This document shows positions 1 to 10,500 of a stretch of DNA of 32,000 bases, one piece after another; the stretch's first letter is position 1; every line of letters starts with the position of its first letter. The stretch is from Geotalea daltonii FRC-32 (lineage in GTDB: Bacteria; Desulfobacterota; Desulfuromonadia; Geobacterales; Geobacteraceae). The notes under the pieces are model-generated. The model was not told where the DNA came from. It ran no database searches and saw nothing but the letters and a program-made list of their open reading frames with translations. The stretch is from contig NC_011979.1 in assembly GCF_000022265.1 (NCBI RefSeq), forward strand, positions 3,660,001-3,692,000. The letters run 5' to 3'. The translations under genes were made by a program, and so were the position numbers.

Positions 1-1
1 C

Positions 2-2092
2 GAACGCCAGTTTCCTCCCCCCTGCTCATTCACCTCCATCCATAATGCCCTCCATGCCTTCGGTTTTAAAACCGGTGACCGCTCCCTTCCCGCAAGCGGA
101 TCTGAACTTAACAAACTGCCACTGCCGGTGGCGGGTTTTCTGCCGCTGCCGGTTACTGACACCCAGCCTCGACAATCGGAAACCTCCGGAAGCACCAGCG
201 AACCTAACCTCACCCCGATACTGATCGTTAAAGTTAATGAAGACAGCATTCTGTTCTTCCGGCCACGCGCCCAGACACCGGAGACTCTTTCACTGACAGA
301 GGCCCAGGCGCAGTTGTCCCCTCAGCTGCTGCTGGTCTCCAGTGGCGAACAGACAACGGGCAGCGTCGGTACGGACGGACTGGACGGCCAGCAGGTTACC
401 CGCCGGTTCGGCTTTCGCTGGTTCATCCCCGAACTGCTCAAGCACAAGCTGATCTGGCGCGACGTGCTCATCGCCTCCCTGATCATCCAGTTGATCGGTC
501 TGGCCACGCCGCTTTTCACCCAGGTGGTTATTGACAAGGTAGTTGTGCACCAAACCCAGAGCACGCTGGTAGTCATCGGTGTCGGTATGCTGATGTTCAT
601 TGTCTTCAGCTCCGTCATGACTTGGTTGCGCCAATACCTGGTGTTGCATACAGGCAACCGGATCGATGCGGTGCTGGGTACCCAGGTTTTCAGCCACCTG
701 CTCCGGCTGCCCCTCACCTACTTCGAGCACCGGCCAACGGGCGTACTGGTAGCCCGCATGCAAGGGGTTGAGAGCATCCGCCAGTTCGTCAGCGGCGCGG
801 CTGCCTCTCTGGTGCTCGATTTCCCCTTTCTGCTGATCTTTCTGGGGGTCATGTTCTGGTACAGTTGGCAGCTCTCCCTGATCGCCCTGGGTATGCTCTC
901 CCTGATCGCCTTGATCAGCTTGCTGGTCACGCCGGTCTTTCGTGACAAACTCAATAAGCAGTTCATGCTCGGGGCACGAAACCAGGCCTTCGTCACCGAA
1001 TACGTCTCAGGCATGTCCACCGTCAAGTCACTGCAGATGGAACCGGTGCTGGAAAAACGCTACGGCGATTACCTTGCCTCCTATCTGGCAGCCGGTTTTT
1101 CCACCCGTCAACTCTCCAACACCTACAATACCATTGCCAATGCCATGGAGCAGTTGATGACCCTCGCCATTCTGGTGGTCGGCGCCCTGCTGGTCATGCG
1201 CAACGACGGCTTCACCATCGGCAGACTGGTGGCCTTCCAGATGTTCGCCAATCGGATGAGCCAGCCGATGCTGCGGCTGGTAGGGTTATGGCAGGAGTTC
1301 CAGCAAGCCGACATCGCAGTCAAGCGGCTGGGCGACATCATGGATATGCCGCTGGAGCCCTATTCCCTGGTTCCTACCCGCAGTTCCTCCTCCCAGGGAG
1401 GCGTGATGGAGCTGAAAGATCTGAGTTTCCGCTATTCCGAGCAGCACCCCTTTCTCTACCGCAATCTGAATCTCACCTTCAGGGCAGGCCACTTGAGCCT
1501 CCTCATGGGACCGTCCGGTTGCGGCAAGAGCACGCTGGCCAAACTGCTGCAGGGCTTCTATTTCCCCAGCGACGGCCAGATCAGGATCGACGGTCGGGAT
1601 ATCCGCCACATGGCCGCCAACGAACTCCGCTCCATCTTCGGTGTCGTCCCCCAGGAAACGGTCCTCTTCTCCGGCACCATCTACGAGAACCTGAACCACG
1701 CCAATCCCCACGCCACCTTCCAGGATATCGTCACCGCCTGCCGGCAGGCCGAGATCCATGATGTGATCGAAGGACTGCCCCAGGGCTACCAAACCGAGAT
1801 CGGCGAACAAGGGGTCGGCCTCTCCGGCGGTCAGCGGCAACGGATCGCCATCGCCCGGGCACTGCTTAAGCGCCCCCGCATCCTCATTTTTGATGAAGCC
1901 ACCTCCAATCTGGACCAGCAGACCGCCGAACACTTCGCCGCTACGGTTAACCAGCTTAAGGGCAAAGTTTCCATGATCTTCATCACCCATCAACTGCCCA
2001 AGGGATTGCAGGTGGATGAAGTGTTCAGGTTCGGGCAGCAGGCCCAGCCGCAGATGATGGGGGTGGTTGGGGAGGAGAAGCGGGATGAGTAA
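2..2092 (+). CDS. Type I secretion system ABC exporter (HlyB/LktB/CyaB-type permease-ATPase), 5' end cut by window edge
   Basis: The frame of track ORF 128..2092 has no stop back to base 2. The upstream translation (..FTSIHNALHAFGFKTGDRSLPASGSELNKLPLPVAGF..) runs into ..ILIVKVNEDSILFFRP.., which matches the layout of the N-terminal C39-like domain of HlyB-type exporters. GTG 128 is therefore not the real start. TMD segment LIWRDVLIASLIIQLIGLATPLFTQVVIDKVVVH; Walker A GPSGCGKST; signature LSGGQRQRIAIARAL; Walker B ILIFDEATSNLD; H-loop ITHQL. Confidence 0.93.
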   Translation, partial: ERQFPPPCSFTSIHNALHAFGFKTGDRSLPASGSELNKLPLPVAGFLPLPVTDTQPRQSETSGSTSEPNLTPILIVKVNEDSILFFRPRAQTPETLSLTEAQAQLSPQLLLVSSGEQTTGSVGTDGLDGQQVTRRFGFRWFIPELLKHKLIWRDVLIASLIIQLIGLATPLFTQVVIDKVVVHQTQSTLVVIGVGMLMFIVFSSVMTWLRQYLVLHTGNRIDAVLGTQVFSHLLRLPLTYFEHRPTGVLVARMQGVESIRQFVSGAAASLVLDFPFLLIFLGVMFWYSWQLSLIALGMLSLIALISLLVTPVFRDKLNKQFMLGARNQAFVTEYVSGMSTVKSLQMEPVLEKRYGDYLASYLAAGFSTRQLSNTYNTIANAMEQLMTLAILVVGALLVMRNDGFTIGRLVAFQMFANRMSQPMLRLVGLWQEFQQADIAVKRLGDIMDMPLEPYSLVPTRSSSSQGGVMELKDLSFRYSEQHPFLYRNLNLTFRAGHLSLLMGPSGCGKSTLAKLLQGFYFPSDGQIRIDGRDIRHMAANELRSIFGVVPQETVLFSGTIYENLNHANPHATFQDIVTACRQAEIHDVIEGLPQGYQTEIGEQGVGLSGGQRQRIAIARALLKRPRILIFDEATSNLDQQTAEHFAATVNQLKGKVSMIFITHQLPKGLQVDEVFRFGQQAQPQMMGVVGEEKRDE

Positions 2093-2131
2093 TGGTGAAG
2101 ACTGGCGATACAGAGGGTTAAGGGAGGAACC

Positions 2132-2713
2132 ATGATAGGCTTAATGTTCCTGGCAGCATTTGGCATCTACCTAGCTTTTTCAATTTGGGTCATCAAAACA
2201 ACCATAGCCTGGGCAAAAAGAACAGGCAGGGGAGTGAGACGATGGGGCTTAATTGCGTCACTTGTCATGTATCTGCTGGTTTTCTGGGACCATCTTCCTA
2301 CCCTGCTGCTGTACAAGTACTACTGCGCGACCAAAGCGGGCCTATGGGTTTACAAAACACCCGAGCAGTGGATGAAGGAAAATCCTGGCGTAGCAGAGAC
2401 ATTAACCTGGAAGGAAAACTCACCACAAGTAACTAATGGTACTGGAGATTTAATTTTGCAAGTCAATGAACGATTTGTATGGAGGGAAGCTGTTTCAAAG
2501 AGCCACATCCTCCCCGTTCGAATCAGCACTGAAACTATTGTTGATACAAAAAAGGATGAAGTTATGGTCAAACGTGTGAGTATCGGCGCTGGCTACAGGG
2601 GCAGTCTGGAGATGCTAAAATTCTGGACATCTATGGGACCCTGCATGCCTAAAATCAAAGAGTATGGATACTATCAAGACAGATTTCATAGAATGGGGAG
2701 GGGAATTAAATGA
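2132..2713 (+). CDS. Small membrane protein, paralog A (two N-terminal TM helices plus a ~130-aa C-terminal domain), function unknown
   Basis: ATG preceded by SD AAGGGAGGAA. TM1 IGLMFLAAFGIYLAFSIWVI, basic loop KRTGRGVRRW, TM2 LIASLVMYLLVFW. Shares motifs with the 2886..3524 product: PEQWMKENPGVAETL vs LEEWKRENPGVAKNL, VDTKKDEV vs VDTKTGQV, and C-termini GRGIK vs IGGIK. Its stop overlaps the next ORF start (ATGA at 2710-2713). Confidence 0.8.
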   Translation: MIGLMFLAAFGIYLAFSIWVIKTTIAWAKRTGRGVRRWGLIASLVMYLLVFWDHLPTLLLYKYYCATKAGLWVYKTPEQWMKENPGVAETLTWKENSPQVTNGTGDLILQVNERFVWREAVSKSHILPVRISTETIVDTKKDEVMVKRVSIGAGYRGSLEMLKFWTSMGPCMPKIKEYGYYQDRFHRMGRGIK

Positions 2714-2886
2714 GTGATCTTTCGAAGGTCGATGACACAGCAGCCTGGGGAAACGTAAGCTCTGTATATTTTTGGAATTCGGTTATTTTAAAGCTAACAG
2801 AAGTATCCACATTTACTATAAATGACGCCCTTGCCTGTGCTCATAACTTTATGAACAATAAAGGTGGCAAAAGGCTGGTGCCGTAA
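2710..2886 (+). CDS. 58-aa hypothetical protein, not in the supplied ORF track (below its length cutoff)
   Basis: Read by hand: MSDLSKVDDTAAWGNVSSVYFWNSVILKLTEVSTFTINDALACAHNFMNNKGGKRLVP. The ATG overlaps the upstream stop (ATGA, 2710-2713). Its TAA overlaps the downstream ATG (TAATG, 2884-2888). SD-like GGGGAGGGGA lies about 6 nt upstream. The ORF exactly fills the gap between the two paralogs. Confidence 0.55.
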   Translation: MSDLSKVDDTAAWGNVSSVYFWNSVILKLTEVSTFTINDALACAHNFMNNKGGKRLVP

Positions 2887-3524
2887 TGGCCAGTTTGCTT
2901 GTCCTTGCCGTTATAGGTGGATACATTATTCTCTCGGCTTTAGCTGTTTGTTTTGTTGTGCGTGCAGTTACTAAGGGCCGTAAAATAAAACTGGTAGCTG
3001 GAATTGTGGCAACCATAGTAGTAACTCTGCCGGTGACAACAGTGCTATTGGAATACGTCCAAACAAAGCATCGCCTAGAGCGCTATTGCAGAGAAGAGGC
3101 AAAAGTAATCATATTTAAGAGCCTTGAAGAGTGGAAGAGAGAAAATCCAGGCGTGGCAAAGAATTTAAAGCCCTATGACGATAAAAATGCGCCGGATATT
3201 ATAAGCAAAGGGGATGGGCTCCACAATAGTTCAACGACTAAATTCCTCAACCCAAGGTTTGCACACATAACTAAAAAAGAGGGGCCACTACAATTAAATG
3301 TGTTCAGACACTCAGAAGAATTGGTCGATACCAAGACAGGTCAAGTCATCGCCATCCTAACTGATTTCAGTTCTGGTTACGGCAACCCCTTTCTCGGAGC
3401 TAGGTATGGATGGCGCAGCTACAAAGTCTGGTTGGCCACGGATAACTGTCCTAGTTTTGATAAGAATGTAACTGTGTTTTCAAATTATTTCGAATCGATT
3501 AAGAACATAGGGGGGATAAAATAA
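2886..3524 (+). CDS. Small membrane protein, paralog B (two N-terminal TM helices plus a C-terminal domain), function unknown
   Basis: TM1 LLVLAVIGGYIILSALAVCFVV, basic loop KGRKIK, TM2 LVAGIVATIVVTLPVTTVLL. Paralogous to the 2132..2713 product (motifs listed there). Its stop overlaps the start of the giant gene (TAATG at 3522-3526). Confidence 0.8.
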   Translation: MASLLVLAVIGGYIILSALAVCFVVRAVTKGRKIKLVAGIVATIVVTLPVTTVLLEYVQTKHRLERYCREEAKVIIFKSLEEWKRENPGVAKNLKPYDDKNAPDIISKGDGLHNSSTTKFLNPRFAHITKKEGPLQLNVFRHSEELVDTKTGQVIAILTDFSSGYGNPFLGARYGWRSYKVWLATDNCPSFDKNVTVFSNYFESIKNIGGIK

Positions 3525-4520
3525 TGTTACAAAATAAAAATTTGTATCAACTGACCCAACTAGCTGAAGCTTCTTATGCTAACTTTTGGAACTCTGCTGT
3601 TAATCGACCATTTACGACTGCTGCAGATATTCAGCGACAACTTTCAGCCAAGGGCATTAATGATACCCAAGGCAAAGCAATAACTGACCATTGGTCAGTG
3701 GTCAGCCATCAAAAGAACACCGAACACGGTTTTTCCGCTACCGTATTTCAATCTAAAGACGCTTCGTCCCAATATGTACTTGCCATAAGGGGCACAGAAA
3801 CGGGAACGGGAACTATTGTAGACGACCTGATTAACTCCGACGGTGGCGATCTTGTCCGCGATGGCCTGGCGCTTGATCAGATAGTCGACCTCTATAACTA
3901 TTGGCAACAATTGACTTCTGCCAAAGGCTCCGTTTATCAAGCCGCTGTTTTTGAAACACTTACGGCGGAAACGGTTGCCTACAATGCTGCAGTTGCATCG
4001 GGACCGCTCGGTTTGACATATATTGCTTCCCTTCGTGCCCGAACAGACATAGTCATAGACGAACCCACCGGCCAGGTTCGAAAAATTCTGTTCGTCGATT
4101 CCAATGTTATCTACTCCGATAGTCGCAGCCAGGGACTCGGCGTTAACCCTGCCTCTGTAACAGTAGTCGGTCATTCGCTGGGTGGACACTTGGCAGCCGC
4201 CTTCTCTCGGCTCTTTCCTACAGCAACTACTGGCACTCTCATGATCAACGGCGCCGGATATGGTGACGGCTTTGCGATGGGGGCGGGAGGTAACGGACCT
4301 TCCAATGTAAACAACCTGTTCAGCATGCTTAATGGCACAAGCTCCTTCGATTCGAGCAATATAACAAATCTGGTCGGTTCGGCTGGAATGGACTTCGTTG
4401 CCCAGGACTGGTGGATTGGCTTGCACCAGCCCGGTTCGAAATTGACAATCCAAACGGAAAGCGCGAACCTGAGTACCACTTTCGGACATGGTTCCTCCCA
4501 AATGACGGACAGCATGGCTA
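3524..4520 (+). other. N-terminal lipase (class 3)-like alpha/beta-hydrolase domain of the giant protein (approximate bounds)
   Basis: The YVLAIRGTE strand motif and the nucleophile elbow VVGHSLGGHLAAAF (GxSxG; Ser codon at 4175-4177) are both typical of class-3 lipases. The Asp/His triad partners were not assigned by eye. Confidence 0.7.
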
Positions 4521-7500
4521 TCTACGACCTGCTCTTCCGCCTTGATACTAACCTAGCCGCAAGGAGCACTGCAGATGCCTTGGCACGGCTTGAGTCAACC
4601 TTCAAGTCCAGCAGCCCCACCGCAAACAACACCTTCGAATCTATCGTCAACACCCTGAGCAAACTACTTGTATCGGCTAACGCCACACCCATTCCTATCG
4701 CTAACAGAGAAGCGCTCTATGCCCGCATCAAGCAAATCAGGACCGCAATCGACAGCATACCTGCCGGTTCGGTAACTGTTGACCCCCTGCCGATCTACCC
4801 AGTTAGCACCATCATCAACATGGCCAAAGGTATCGACCTCAACACCAACGATTCTCTGGCTTATCGCTATGCGCTTAAGGAATTAAACCCCTTTGCTGTG
4901 CGCGGGCTTGATTACAGCAACGCCAACAAAAACGGTGAACTTAATCTGCTCAACATGAGCACCGGCCAAGGCAGCCTTTCAGAAGCATGGATTGCCGACC
5001 GCGCCGCCATGCTCTCCTGGATCATACAGGCCAATACCCTTGATCAGGGCACCGTTCCGACTTCCTTCAGCGATGGATCTGTCTGGCATTTCTCCGACTT
5101 GACCACCGGAAAATCCGTGAGGGCAGGTCAAGGCCTTTTTCCCCCTCGACATTACGTCATTTTCGGTAAGGAAGGGGCCGACACCATCACCGGTGGCGAG
5201 TATGCCGACCGCTTTTACGGCGCCGGCGGCAATGATGCCATGTATGGATATGGCGGCAACGACTACCTGGAAGGGGGCAAAGGTGACGATACTCTCTATG
5301 GCGGCAAGGGCAACGATATTCTTTACGGCGGGCAGGGATACGATACCTATATCTATAACATAGGCGATGGGACCGATACCATCGTTGACCAGGACAATCT
5401 GGGCCGCATCCTCATCAGGCGCAACGGGCAAACCATCCAGACCGGCACCCTGTACAGCAGAGGTAACAACATCTGGACCGATGCCAGCGGCAAGGTGCTT
5501 CTCACCCACAACTCCCCCTGGCGGTTGGTTCTTGAGGATGGCGGCATTATCGAGCTCGGCGAAAACTTCCAGGACGGCGATTTCGGCCTTGACCTGACCG
5601 AACTCCCAGCCAATAACATATCCAACACCATACTCGGCGATTACACTCCGGTGCCGGCGGAATCCAACGAATACCAGTATGATGCTATCGGCATTCCAAT
5701 CGCTAATGCGAAAACCGATTCTTTGGGCAACATAATTTACGATGCCACCGCACCTTCTCCCACGCGACGGGATTACCTGTATGACAGTGCCGGCAACGAC
5801 TTGATCAAGGCCGGCGGTGGCAGTGACATCATCAACGCAACCAGGGGAGGCGACAATATCATTGAAGGTGGCAGCGGCAGCGACATCGTAGCAGACTATG
5901 GCAATGGCAACAATGTCCTCTTTGGCGAGTTCCAAGGAGATATGGCCGATCTGGTCAGTGCGGGGGAAACTGCCGAAGGCATCAATGAAAAGGGTGACCT
6001 AGTCTCCTCCGGTAGCGGTAACGACCAACTGTATGGGTCGATTCGTAACGACGCCCTCTTTGGCGGTGGAGGAAATGACCTGCTGGTTGGCGGAGGCGGA
6101 AACGATACCATCCTTGCGGATGCAGCCATAAGCTCTGCCTCGCGGGAATGGAACGTCAACAACGCCGACTTCACAGGCCTTTCTTTCGATGAGGCATTGG
6201 TAGGCGGCATAGACAATATCTATGGGGGCAGCGGCAACGATATTATCTATGCCGGCGGAGGCAACGACAGCGTCGATGGCGGTATCGGTAACGACAATCT
6301 TTATGGCGAAGGAGGCAATGACTCCATCACCGGCGGTGGGGGTGACGACTTTATCCAGGGAGATGCCGACTGGCAGGCGTTGGATACCCACGGCAACGAT
6401 TATATTGACGGCGGCGCAGGTAATGACCGGATTGCCGGCCTGGGAGGCAATGACGAAGTATTCGGCGGTGATGGCAACGACGTACTTCAGGGAAATGACG
6501 GGGACGATTATTTGGATGGAGAAGCAGGTGATGACCTGTTGGTAGGAAATAATGGCAATGACCAGCTGATGGGTGGCGACGGCCTTGACGAAATGGCAGG
6601 TAACGAGGGAGACGACTATCTTGATGGCGAGGCCGGTGACGACAAGATGTATGGTGACGACGGCAAAGATGAGCTCTTTGGTGGCGATGGTAACGACTGG
6701 CTTGAAGGTAATAAGGACGGCGATTATCTGGATGGAGAAGATGGCGACGATGTCCTTCTTGGTGGAGAAGAAAATGATCGACTCTTCGGTGGTGAAGGTA
6801 ATGACCGTCTTCAGGGAGACATGGGCGACGATTATCTGGATGGGGAAGCCGGCAATGATAACCTGATGGGCCTCGAAGGTAACGACAGGCTCTTCGGTGG
6901 CGACGGCAACGACTTGTTGCAGGGAGGTGCCGGAGACGATTATTTCGATGGTGGCAACGGCGATGATGAATTGACGGGTGAAGCCGGCGACAACCGAATC
7001 TTCGGTGGTTCAGGCAATGATCGTCTACAGGGCGGTGTTGGTAATGATTACCTTAACGGCGGTGAAGGGGATGACAACCTGTATGGGGGTGATGGTACGA
7101 ATGTCCTGGTTGGAGGCTCAGGAAACGATACCTATTACATTGATCCGACCAGAGAAATAACGGAAATTTATGACAACTTCAATGGTGATGAACAAAACAC
7201 CATCAAGGTACTTGGTGACATAAATCTGGACAATGTAGTTACGGAGGTAAAAGACGGCAAACTTACCCTTACCTTGCGCACTAAACCCGATAACGGAAAC
7301 ACTGGCGGCAATTCCAGCGGTACAGTTGGCGAATGTGCTTCACAACTGGGTGATCCAATTACCTTTTACATCGGCAATGAAATTTCCTATGCAATCTATG
7401 ATCTGGGTTACACTCCCGGACCGATGACTGTGGAATCAGCTCTTATGCAGCTTGGCCTCCCGCTCCCCGGAGACAACGGCGGCTATTTGGATGAACAACA

Positions 7501-10500
7501 GCTTAGCCTGGACGAACTGGTGGCATTGAGCCGCGATCAGAATGAGGTGGATTTCTGCAGGGCCGGCTCTACCCCACCGAGCAGAAAACCGGATCCGCTC
7601 TTGGTTGACCTTGACGGTGACGGCATTGAAACAACCAGGATCAACACAACCACCTACTTTGACCATGATGCTAACGGAACCGCAGAACGAACTGCCTGGA
7701 TCGGTAAAGATGACGGCCTGCTTGTGATGGACAGGAACGGCGACGGTATTATCAACAACGGCCGGGAACTGTTCGGGGATAATACCTTGTTACGGAGCGG
7801 AAGTTTAGCAGGCGGCGGTTTTGCAGCCCTGACAGATCTGGATTCGAATAAGGATGGCAAAATCGATGCCACAGATCCAGGATTCGATCGCTTGCGGGTC
7901 TGGCAGGATGGTAACGGAGATGCCGTCAGCACGCCTGACGAACTGATTGACCTTTACACTCTTGGTATCAAGGAAATTGCACTGGCAACACAATCAGTAA
8001 ACGCACTCGACGGCAAAGGAAACACAATAGTCAGTAACGGCACATTCACTCGTGAGGATGGCAGTACAAGCACGATTGCCGAATATCGCCTTAAACGCAA
8101 CCTCACTCATACCATTTCTGCCGGTGGTACTGCCGGTGCTGACGAAGTGGCGACACTGCCGGAACTAAAGGGCTCAGGCAATCTTATCGACCTGAGTCAG
8201 GCAATGGCTGGCAACCCGGCATTGAAGACACTGGTGGGACAATTTTTGACTGAGGGCAGCGCCACCGCCCGTGCCGGCCTGATGGAGCAGATACTTTTTA
8301 CATGGTCGGGAGCCGATTCGGTAACTGCAGGTTCACGAGGTTGGTTTATAGACGCTCGCAAGGTGGCCTTCATCGAGGCATATATGGGCCGCGAGTTCAC
8401 CAGCAGATGGGGAAGCTCGCCCAACGATCAGGCGGCAATCCTCCTGGACAACATTTACCAGAGGGTTTCGGAAACCAGTTATGCCCAATTGATGATGCAG
8501 ACCCATCTACAAGACCTGTACAGCCAGGTGGAATGGAAATGGGATGATGCACAGCAACGGCAAGTAGCAGACCTGTCGCAGGTAACCGCGACCATTGCCG
8601 AAACCATGGCAACGGATGCTGAAGCAGGCAGGCAACTGCTCACAGAATTTGCCCGCACCTGGCGGGCATCCAATTCCACCAATAGCACTGCCTACCTTAA
8701 CTTCCGCGAGTACTTCATCAACATGGATCCAGATCTTGCCTGGATGATGGATACCGGCGGCCTGACCGCTACTGCATCCAGCTTCGGGACCAACAGATCG
8801 GAAGCTTTAGACGGCCGCACCATGTCGCAAACCTACCTGTCTTCGGGTGACGGAGACGATGTCCTCTATGCCGGTTCTGCCGATACAAAAATGTTCAGCA
8901 ATGGAGGCGATTCGCTCCTTGTCGGCGGCACCGGCAACGACTATTTAGTTGGAGGAGAAGGTTCAGATGTCCTGGAAGGGGGCAACGGCTACGATATTCT
9001 TACGGGCGGAGCTGGTAACGACACATATATCTTCAGGCGAGGAACAGGCATTGACTCGGTGTCGGATTATGGGATCAGCGCATCGCAGGACGTTATTTAT
9101 GTGGGTGATTTCATTACTGCGGAAGAAGTGTCCCTGCGAAGAACCGGAGACGATCTTGTTCTGACCATCACCGACAGCGGCGATCGGATGGTCGTCAAAA
9201 ACTGGTTCTGGAATGATACGTCACAGGTGGAACGTATACAGTTTGCCGATGGAACATTCTGGAATGTGGATACCATTAAAAAGAAGGTTTTGCAGGGTAC
9301 TGAAAATGCTGACATCCTTACTGGATACGAGTCGGATGATACCATTACGGGTTTGGACGGTAACGACCTTCTTAAGGGTGGCGCCGGCAATGACAGCCTG
9401 GATGGAGGGACAGGAAACGATTACCTTAGCGGAGGCTCAGGTAACGACACCTATCTGTTCGGCCGCGGCAGTGGCAGCGACGTTATAGAGGAAGTCGCTA
9501 ATCCTGCCACTGAGCAGAATATCGTGCAGCTGGGTGATGGGGTTGGACCGGACGACCTGGAATTTATGGTCACCGGAGAGGATCTCTTTATTGCTGTAAA
9601 AAACAGCAACGATCAACTCCAGATCAAAGGCTGGTTCGCTGCCGAACCGGCACGTATCGAAGAATTGCACTTTGCCGACGGCACCGTCTGGGATCGCAAC
9701 GCGATCTTGTCGATGATGGCTGTCCCCACCAATACGGACGACTATCTGGCCGGCACGCCCAACGGTGATCTTTTGAATGGCGGTGGTGGATATGATTCCA
9801 TCTACGGCTTTGGCGGCAACGACATCCTTATTGGCGGCAGCGAAGACGACTATATCGTGGGGGGGCAGGGCAACGACACGCTGGACGGCGGTGCGGGATA
9901 CGATGATCTGTATGACAACGACGGCACCAATAGGCTTTCCGGAGGTGCCGATGAGGATTATCTTGAGGTGGCCGGGGGCGTCAATGAATTGGATGGAGGC
10001 GCAGACAGCGATCGTCTGCTCACAACTGCCGGGAGCAATACCATCTTTTTCCGGCGAGGCGATGGCTTCGACTATGTGGAGACCTACCTGACATCGGCTT
10101 ACACTGTGGGTGACGCTGTTATATTTGGGGAAGGAATTCGCCCGGAGGATCTGAGCATCCAGATCAACGACAGCTCTATCAGTGGTGACGGGTACGGCGG
10201 AGAGATTCCCACATTTGTTCCAACTGCAGCCTTTGTCGATGGTGCATATGGTGGCGGATTCGGCAGTTCGGTCCAGTTAGCTATCGGCATCGGCAACGAC
10301 GAAGGCATGCTCATCACCGGAACCCCTGCCGATACAGGTTATGGCGGTGGCTATGGCGGAACGATCTTGAACCTGCATAACCTTTCCATACAACGGTTCG
10401 TCTTTGCCGACGGTCGGGAATTGTCCCTTGCGGACATAATTGGTATGGCTGACGAAGGTGTGATTGGTTATCAGACCTCCCCCTGGTGGGACAAGTTCCT

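Noticed and set aside
128-130. GTG at 128 as the start of the ABC exporter gene (as in the ORF track)
   Set aside because: The frame stays open to base 2. The upstream residues look like the continuation of a C39-like N-terminal domain, so the gene is simply truncated by the window.
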